A stretch of DNA of 64,000 nt from Nitrospirota bacterium (GTDB taxonomy: Bacteria > Nitrospirota > Thermodesulfovibrionia > Thermodesulfovibrionales > SM23-35): positions 5,889 through 69,888 of the forward strand of contig JBFMDQ010000004.1 of assembly GCA_040753955.1 (NCBI GenBank), in the 5' to 3' direction. The notes under the pieces are model-generated. The model did no database searches. It saw only the letters and a list, made by a program, of their open reading frames with translations, and had not been told where the DNA came from. Position numbers and translations under genes: made by a program. How positions within the stretch are numbered: position 1 is the stretch's first letter; every line of letters starts with the position of its first letter. Below, one piece after another: positions 58,155 to 64,000 of this stretch.

Positions 58155-58835
58155 TTGGTAGGGGAGATACTGAGGAAAAGACGTGAGGAATTAGGCCTGG
58201 ATCTCGAGGAAATCGCCGGAATTACGAAGATAAGACATGACTACCTGAAGGCGATTGAGGATGATACCTTCGAAAAACTTCCTGCGGAGGTCTATGTAAA
58301 GGGCTATGTCAGAGAATACGCTAAAATCCTAAATATCGACCCAGAGACTGTCATAGATGTTTACATTCAGCAGACATCAACGACTGAAGAGAAGGAAGTC
58401 CCTCAAAAGGAGATTTCACAGAGGAAAAGGCTAAAGATTCGATATCTATTAATTCTGTTAATCCCGGTGATAACCTTCGCATCTATTATTCTCTACCCCT
58501 TTGCTCCGGAAAAACAAAAGATGCCATCTCGCCCTTCCGAGACTAAAAAAGAAGACCTTTTCGAAGCTAAGTATGATACACCACTTATCCTCGAGGTTAT
58601 TGCCGAGGATACAACCTGGCTGCTCGTAAATATAGATGGAACAAGATCGAAAGAAATACTGCTGAGGTCCGGGGAGTCAGTTAAGTGGGATGCCAAGAAT
58701 AGTTTCTCCTTAAAAATTGGTAACGCAGGTGGGATTAAATTGGTCTTTAACGGAAAGGAGATCGGACCTCTCGGAGAAAAGGGCCAGGTCATAAGGCTAA
58801 ACCTTCCGCCTTCTGAACTCAAGAATAAGGGATAA
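58155..58835 (+). CDS. rodZ: RodZ-like cytoskeleton protein (HTH + TM + DUF4115)
   Basis: N-terminal HTH (LRKRREELGLDLEEIAGITKIRHDYLKAIE), central TM, C-terminal WLLVNIDG..VKWDA..LKIGNAGGIKLVFNG. TTG start. Confidence 0.7.
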   Translation: MVGEILRKRREELGLDLEEIAGITKIRHDYLKAIEDDTFEKLPAEVYVKGYVREYAKILNIDPETVIDVYIQQTSTTEEKEVPQKEISQRKRLKIRYLLILLIPVITFASIILYPFAPEKQKMPSRPSETKKEDLFEAKYDTPLILEVIAEDTTWLLVNIDGTRSKEILLRSGESVKWDAKNSFSLKIGNAGGIKLVFNGKEIGPLGEKGQVIRLNLPPSELKNKG

Positions 58836-58887
58836 TGGTATCTTAATAAAAGAAGGCGAGCAAATAAGGATTAAGGTCTCGATAGCC

Positions 58888-58972
58888 TGGTGCGAGAGAG
58901 GGGAGTTGAACCCCTACGGGTTGCCCCACTGGATCCTAAGTCCAGCGCGTCTACCAGTTACGCCACTCTCGC
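58888..58972 (-). tRNA. tRNA-Leu (anticodon UAG), CCA encoded
   Basis: Reverse strand reads GCGAGAGTGGCGTAACTGGTAGACGCGCTGGACTTAGGATCCAGTGGGGCAACCCGTAGGGGTTCAACTCCCCTCTCTCGCACCA. It has a 7-bp acceptor stem, anticodon stem CTGGA/TCCAG with loop CTTAGGA, a long variable arm, and T-arm GGGG-TTCAACT-CCCC. Confidence 0.9.
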
Positions 58973-58991
58973 AATTTTAACTTGTTACTGC

Positions 58992-61664
58992 TTAGTGCGC
59001 CTCTACCCAGTTTTCCCCGCAACCGATATCTACTCTTATAGGCACAGAAAGCCTTATTACACCTTCCATCTCCTTTCTGACAATATCTGTAGCGACTCCG
59101 AGCTCCCGCATGGGAAGCTCGAATAAAAGTTCATCATGAACCTGCAGAATCATCCTTGCCTTCAAACCTCTCTCTTTAAACCTCTTCCATATATTTATCA
59201 TCGCAATTTTAATAATATCTGCTGCTGTTCCCTGCACAGGAGAGTTTATCGCAAACCTCTCACCCTGCTGTCTTATATTTGAGTTCTGGTTTTTTAGCTC
59301 TGGAATGAAACGCCTCCTTCCAAATAGTGTTGCCACATAACCCCTATTCCTTGCACCCTCGAGGGTTTCCTCTATATACCATTTGACGCCAGGGTGTCTA
59401 TTAAAATACTGCTCTATATATTTTCTTGCATCATCTCTGGATATACTGAGGGTTTCTGATAACCCGAATGGCGATATACCATAGATAACCCCGAAGTTTA
59501 CTGTCTTTGCAATCCTCCTCATATCGGGAGTGACTTTATCTATTGGAATACCAAAGAGCTCGGATGCTGTCCTTGCATGTATATCGAGGTCATTTCTGAA
59601 GGCCTCAAGAAGACCCTCGTCCTGACTCAGATGGGCAAGTATCCTTAATTCAACCTGTGAATAATCTGCTGAAAGCAGGATATTACCTTCTTCTGCTATA
59701 AAGGCCTCTCTTATACGCCTGCCCCACTCTCCCCTGATCGGGATGTTCTGTAGATTCGGCTCGCTGCTGCTTAGCCTTCCCGTAGCTGTTGCTGTCTGGT
59801 TAAAGAAGGTATGTACCCGCCCCGTCTTTAAATTTACTAAGCGAGGCAGCACATCCACATAAGTAGTTTTTAGTTTACTCAGACTCCTATAATTGAGTAC
59901 CTCTCTGGGGAGTTCATGGGATTCTGCGAGTTCTTCAAGTACACTCAACTCCGTAGAATAACCTGTCCTTGTCCTTTTAGTTGGTTGGAAACCGAGACTT
60001 TGAAACAAAACCCTGCTAAGCTGTTTTGGTGAGTTTATGTTAAACTCTTCTCCTGCAAGAAAATATATCCTCCTCTGAATTCCATCAAGCTCTCTTTCAA
60101 GCTCCTTTGAGATTCCCTCGAGTTTATTAGAATCAATTTTCACTCCTGCCTCTTCCATATCGGCAAGTACATAAACAAGGGGCATCTCTATATTAAAATA
60201 AATATTTTCAAGATCATTTTCTCTGAGTTTACTGAATAGTATCTCTTTTAGTTCAAGGCTGAGACTTACATCCTCAGCCACATAGGGGGCGGCCTCTTCT
60301 AAAGGAACCTCTGAAAATGAACTTCTCTTTCCCAGAACCTCCGCAAAGGTCTTTTTCCTATACGATAGATATTCCAGTACAACCTCTTCGAGACTGTGGT
60401 TAGGTTTGTTTGGATTAATAAGGTACGATGCAATCATCGTGTCAAACAATGTTCCTTTAATATGAATGCCATCCTCTTTTAGAATTAAAATGTCATATTT
60501 GAGATTATGCCCTATCTTTGATATCCTTCCGTCTTCGAAGATCTTGGTAAACTCCCATGATATATCCTTCCTATTTATCTGAACGGGCACTCCAGGATAC
60601 GAATGGGAAACAGGGATATAAAAGGCGTGACCTTTCTCTATGCATAATGCCAGGCCAACAAGGCTGTCAGTTATAAGATTTCTGCCTCCGCCTGAGGTGG
60701 ATGCCTCGGTGTTAAAAGAAAACTCTCCGCCTGCGGATTCTATTAATGTGACTATCTCCTTGAGCCTTTCAAGGGAAAGAACTATTTCATATTCCCTTTC
60801 TCTGGATTTTACTGGGATGAGCTTCATAAGGCTACCGAATTCAAATTCCCTGAATAAGGAAAGGAGATGAGGCCAGTCAGGCTCTTTTAATCTGAATTCT
60901 TCCATATCAATATCAAGAGGCACAGATGTGTCAATGGTCGCAAGTTTCTTACTTAACCTCGCTATATCAGCGTTTTCGGACACAAGCAGCCTCAACTTAT
61001 CTTTTTTTATCCTGTCTGTATTATTCAGCAGGTCATCAAGGTTTTCAAACTCTGAAAGAAGTCCTTTAGCTGTCTTTTCACCAATACCTTTAATCCCCGG
61101 GATATTATCAACCGTATCTCCTGTAAGGGCCATAAAATCTGTAATCCTTTCAGGCCCGACGCCGAATCTCTCTTTTATGTATTCTTCACCGAGGATTCTA
61201 TCCTTCATCGGATCGTAAATCTTAATGCCTCTATTAACAAGCTGGAGCATATCCTTATCTCCGGTAACGATGAATACATCTATTCCTTCAGATGCTAAGC
61301 TCTTTGCAACTGTACCGATGAGGTCATCTGCCTCATAGCCAGGCATCTCGAATATCTTTATTTTAAAGGCAGAAATCAGCTCCATTATATGTGGCATCTG
61401 CTCCACAATCCCTCGAGGGGTTTCGGGCCTGTGGGCCTTGTATTCTTCAAAGATTATGTGCCTCTTTGTTGGGATAGGTGAATCAAAAGATACGGCAATG
61501 CCGTCTGGTTTCTTTTCCCTGATGATTTTAAGGAGCATATTTGTAAAGCCATAGATGGCATTGGTAGGGAATCCCTGTGATGTTGAAAGCTCTTTTATAG
61601 CATAGTAAGCCCTATAGGCATAAGAGTTTCCATCAATAAGATAAATAGTCATGGTGTTTGACAA
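58992..61664 (-). CDS. polA: DNA polymerase I
   Basis: 5'-nuclease N-terminus, 3'-5' exonuclease-like middle, and polymerase motifs (DYSQVELRILAH, KTVNFGVIYG, QVHDEL). Confidence 0.95.
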   Translation of the reverse strand: MSNTMTIYLIDGNSYAYRAYYAIKELSTSQGFPTNAIYGFTNMLLKIIREKKPDGIAVSFDSPIPTKRHIIFEEYKAHRPETPRGIVEQMPHIMELISAFKIKIFEMPGYEADDLIGTVAKSLASEGIDVFIVTGDKDMLQLVNRGIKIYDPMKDRILGEEYIKERFGVGPERITDFMALTGDTVDNIPGIKGIGEKTAKGLLSEFENLDDLLNNTDRIKKDKLRLLVSENADIARLSKKLATIDTSVPLDIDMEEFRLKEPDWPHLLSLFREFEFGSLMKLIPVKSREREYEIVLSLERLKEIVTLIESAGGEFSFNTEASTSGGGRNLITDSLVGLALCIEKGHAFYIPVSHSYPGVPVQINRKDISWEFTKIFEDGRISKIGHNLKYDILILKEDGIHIKGTLFDTMIASYLINPNKPNHSLEEVVLEYLSYRKKTFAEVLGKRSSFSEVPLEEAAPYVAEDVSLSLELKEILFSKLRENDLENIYFNIEMPLVYVLADMEEAGVKIDSNKLEGISKELERELDGIQRRIYFLAGEEFNINSPKQLSRVLFQSLGFQPTKRTRTGYSTELSVLEELAESHELPREVLNYRSLSKLKTTYVDVLPRLVNLKTGRVHTFFNQTATATGRLSSSEPNLQNIPIRGEWGRRIREAFIAEEGNILLSADYSQVELRILAHLSQDEGLLEAFRNDLDIHARTASELFGIPIDKVTPDMRRIAKTVNFGVIYGISPFGLSETLSISRDDARKYIEQYFNRHPGVKWYIEETLEGARNRGYVATLFGRRRFIPELKNQNSNIRQQGERFAINSPVQGTAADIIKIAMINIWKRFKERGLKARMILQVHDELLFELPMRELGVATDIVRKEMEGVIRLSVPIRVDIGCGENWVEAH

Positions 61665-61718
61665 AGTCTCGCTATTATTTTAACATTAAAATATTAATAA
61701 AAATTCGAGGAGGAAAAA

Positions 61719-63032
61719 TTGCTCCAGGTGGTAGAAGATATCAGTCCGACAAAGAAGCGTCTCAGGGTAGAGATTCCATCAGACGTGATCGAAAAGGAGA
61801 TAAAGGATTCTCTCGAAAGGTTAAGACAGAAAACTAATATACCGGGGTTCAGGCCTGGCAGGGCTCCAGTTAATCTAATAGAAAAACGCTTCGGCAAAGG
61901 GGTTGAAGCAGAGGTACTTGATAAGGTAATCTCTGAATATTACAGCAAGGCATTAAAAGAAGCTGAACTCATACCTGTAACAATGCCTGTATTTGATGAG
62001 AAGCTTGGCTTTAAAAGAAACAATCCACTTAATCTTTCATTCACGGTTGAAGTGATGCCGAAGATTGAGAATCTTAATTACGAAAATATAAAGATAAAGG
62101 ATATTCCTATAGTTGTCGATGAGGCTGAGGTAGATGATTACATTAAAAAACTCCAGGATAAAAAGGCTATATATGAAGTTGCTGAAAAAGATGTAGATAT
62201 GGATGACCTTGTCACATTTGAGTATGTAGACTGTAAAATGATCGGGGAAGAAAGCCCCCCATCCATAAAGGAACAGATATTGAAGATGGGTAAAGAGATA
62301 TTCCCCCTGGACATAATGGAAAGAGTGATGGGGAAGAAAAAGGGCGAGGTAGTGGAGTTCACTACCACATTCAATGAAGGTTGTAAGTCAAAAGAACTTG
62401 CGGGAAAGACGGTTGATATGAAAGTTATGATAAAGGAGGTAAAGCAGAAAATCCTACCGGCAATTGATGATGAATTTGCAAAGGATCTTGGTTTTGAAAA
62501 TATCTTGGAATTGAGAGAAAGGATAAAAGAAGATATATATAAAGCTAAAAAAGAACAGGCTATGAAAATCCAGAAGGCAGAGATTCTCCATAAGATTATT
62601 GAGCCCCATGATTTTGAGGTACCAGAAACCCTGCTCAGAAATGAGCTGGAATCCCTTATGATGCAAGAAAACACCCCCCTCACTCCCCCCTTACCAAGGG
62701 GGGAATTTAAGGGGGGTGATGCTGGCAGCCCAGAACAGGAAAAAGAGGATGTCGAAAACTTACAGGCTAAACTGAAACATAAGGCATTGAGGAACGTACA
62801 GGCATCGATAATTATAGATGCCATAGGCCAAAAAGAGGAAATCGCAGTAACAGAAGATGAAGTGAAGGATCGAATCCATTTTATAGCGGAAAGGCTCTCG
62901 GCCAAACCAGAGGTTGTCATGAAATTCTACATAGCGAGAGATGGCTCTCTGGAAGGCCTGAGGCATTCGATCTATGAGGATAAAGTCCTGGATATGCTTT
63001 TGTCCAAAGCCATTTCTGAGAAAGGAGAGTAG
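61719..63032 (+). CDS. tig: trigger factor (carries a 43-bp palindromic insertion)
   Basis: N-terminal ribosome-binding GFRPGRAP motif, PPIase-like middle, tig-clpP-clpX synteny. TTG start. Confidence 0.9.
   Translation: MLQVVEDISPTKKRLRVEIPSDVIEKEIKDSLERLRQKTNIPGFRPGRAPVNLIEKRFGKGVEAEVLDKVISEYYSKALKEAELIPVTMPVFDEKLGFKRNNPLNLSFTVEVMPKIENLNYENIKIKDIPIVVDEAEVDDYIKKLQDKKAIYEVAEKDVDMDDLVTFEYVDCKMIGEESPPSIKEQILKMGKEIFPLDIMERVMGKKKGEVVEFTTTFNEGCKSKELAGKTVDMKVMIKEVKQKILPAIDDEFAKDLGFENILELRERIKEDIYKAKKEQAMKIQKAEILHKIIEPHDFEVPETLLRNELESLMMQENTPLTPPLPRGEFKGGDAGSPEQEKEDVENLQAKLKHKALRNVQASIIIDAIGQKEEIAVTEDEVKDRIHFIAERLSAKPEVVMKFYIARDGSLEGLRHSIYEDKVLDMLLSKAISEKGE
62674..62716. repeat. 43-bp nested polyC/polyG palindrome (copy in trigger factor)
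   Basis: Structure C6-TCACT-C6-TTACCAA-G6-AATTTAA-G6. Translated in frame as TPLTPPLPRGEFKGG. Confidence 0.9.
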
Positions 63033-63623
63033 ATGAGTATTATCCCTATCGTTATAGAGCAGACAGGTCGTTCAGAGAGGGCCTATGACATTTACTCAAG
63101 GCTCCTTAAAGACAGAATTATCTTCATCGGCACGGGTATAGATGACCATATAGCTAACACGGTTATCGCACAACTCCTCTTTCTTCAGACAGAAGACCCT
63201 GACAAGGACATTCATCTCTATATTAATTCACCGGGGGGTATAGTATCCTCTGGCCTTGCAATATACGACACGATGCAGTATGTAAAGTCGAGCATCGCAA
63301 CCTACTGCATCGGACAGGCAGCCAGCATGGGTGCACTCCTGCTTGCAGCAGGTACAAAGGGCAAGAGATTCGCGCTCCCTCATTCAAGGATTATGCTGCA
63401 TCAGCCCATGGGCGGTTTCCATGGACAGGCCACCGATATTGAAATCCATGCTCGAGAGATACTCAGGATGAAGGATACACTTAACAGGATACTTGCAGCC
63501 CACACGGGGCAGTCTCTTGATAAGATACAGGCAGATACAGACAGGGATTTCTTCATGTCAGGAGATGAGGCAAAGGAGTACGGGATAATAGATGAAGTGA
63601 TACACAGCATTAAAAGTAAGTGA
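63033..63623 (+). CDS. clpP: ATP-dependent Clp protease proteolytic subunit
   Basis: [11 protein letters not shown], catalytic [13 protein letters not shown] motifs. Confidence 0.95.
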   Translation: MSIIPIVIEQTGRSERAYDIYSRLLKDRIIFIGTGIDDHIANTVIAQLLFLQTEDPDKDIHLYINSPGGIVSSGLAIYDTMQYVKSSIATYCIGQAASMGALLLAAGTKGKRFALPHSRIMLHQPMGGFHGQATDIEIHAREILRMKDTLNRILAAHTGQSLDKIQADTDRDFFMSGDEAKEYGIIDEVIHSIKSK

Positions 63624-63660
63624 CGCGTAATATGTAACGCGTAACGTGTGTGGAGGATAT

Positions 63661-64000
63661 ATGGCCAAGAAAGACGAGAGTTTGCCCAAATGCTCATTCT
63701 GCGGTAAGGAGCACAATGAGGTAAAAAAGCTCATTGCAGGGCCCTCGGTTTATATATGCAATGAGTGCGTTGCGCTCTGCAATGAGATCATTGCAGATGC
63801 TTTCCATACAGATGTGGAAGGTCCCACGTTTCCGAAGCTTCCTACTCCGAGGGAGATCCATTATTTCCTTAACGACTACGTTATAGGCCAGGAGAGGGCA
63901 AAAAGGATACTCTCCGTCGCTGTATATAACCATTATAAGAGGATCTACAGCCCAGGTGAATCAGAAGTGGAACTACAGAAAAGTAACATACTCCTGATAG
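63661..64000 (+). CDS. clpX: ATP-dependent Clp protease ATP-binding subunit ClpX (partial, continues beyond window end)
   Basis: Not in ORF track because it runs off the edge. Reads [44 protein letters not shown].. (C4 zinc finger), then [35 protein letters not shown]. Confidence 0.9.
   Translation, partial: MAKKDESLPKCSFCGKEHNEVKKLIAGPSVYICNECVALCNEIIADAFHTDVEGPTFPKLPTPREIHYFLNDYVIGQERAKRILSVAVYNHYKRIYSPGESEVELQKSNILLI

Noticed and set aside
58888-58972. tRNA-Leu as an integration hotspot, with a genomic island next to it.
   Set aside because: No integrase, direct repeat of the tRNA 3' end, or foreign-looking genes are adjacent. The flanking genes are polA and rodZ.
6787-62716. The many short repeats as a CRISPR array.
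   Set aside because: There are no regularly spaced direct repeats with unique spacers. The copies are dispersed, palindromic and of several unrelated families, and no cas genes are present.

Overview
The window is a 64-kb bacterial chromosomal segment with moderate GC and Gram-negative-type content (LPS-type GT9 transferases, beta-barrel porin, LepB, RseP). The repeat vocabulary resembles uncultured anaerobe or Nitrospirota-like genomes; that is inference only.

Layout:
- 1-7.9 kb (- strand): Nudix (partial), rseP, dxr, cdsA, uppS, a secreted FG-GAP protein and a GH57 glucan enzyme.
- 8.1-26.0 kb (+ strand): a surface-glycan cluster. It holds rmlA-rmlC-rmlD-rmlB followed by about 14 glycosyltransferase-type genes: GT4 x3, GT2 x2 (one fused to a methyltransferase), CgeB-like x3 and GT9 x4. 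Several are visibly damaged.
- 26-34 kb (- strand): phosphoesterase, nusB-ribH-ribBA-ribE, lepB, ROK glucokinase, ferredoxin, recN, acyP.
- 34-43.4 kb: porin, Usp, TauE/DUF1634, EamA, an 841-aa spermidine-synthase-like membrane protein, pcm and DUF1573.
- 43.5-48.9 kb: uvrA-yacG, dapB, scpB, LysM/NlpC-P60.
- 48.9-55.7 kb (- strand): a tight operon galT-glgA-histidine kinase-response regulator-MoeA/PBP fusion.
- 55.8-64 kb: MBL hydrolase, fabF, rodZ, tRNA-Leu(UAG), polA, tig-clpP-clpX(partial).

No CRISPR array, integrase, transposase or prophage is present.

The most unusual content is several families of short palindromic repeats.
- A ~43-bp nested polyC/polyG palindrome sits inside ORFs (tig, GH57, a GT9 gene) and is read through as PPLxPPLxKGGxxGG.
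- A 108-bp element with GTCATTGCGAG/CTCGCAATGAC termini is inserted as exactly 36 codons in a membrane protein.
- One GT9 heptosyltransferase-like gene is broken into three frames exactly at two polyC/polyG elements. Each junction is repairable by a +/-1 change in a G/C tract, which makes it a candidate phase-variable locus.

Other items worth a second look:
- an in-frame TGA at the conserved Cys of the DUF1573 SCGCT motif (selenocysteine candidate)
- an in-frame TAG in a glycosyltransferase
- a decayed tandem GT9 paralog
- a 43-codon glf remnant
- a GH57 gene whose conserved N-terminus requires a CTG start
- a LysM/NlpC-P60 gene split at an A8 tract
- a UvrA lacking the insertion domain

All frame lesions could also be homopolymer sequencing errors, and read-level checks are needed.
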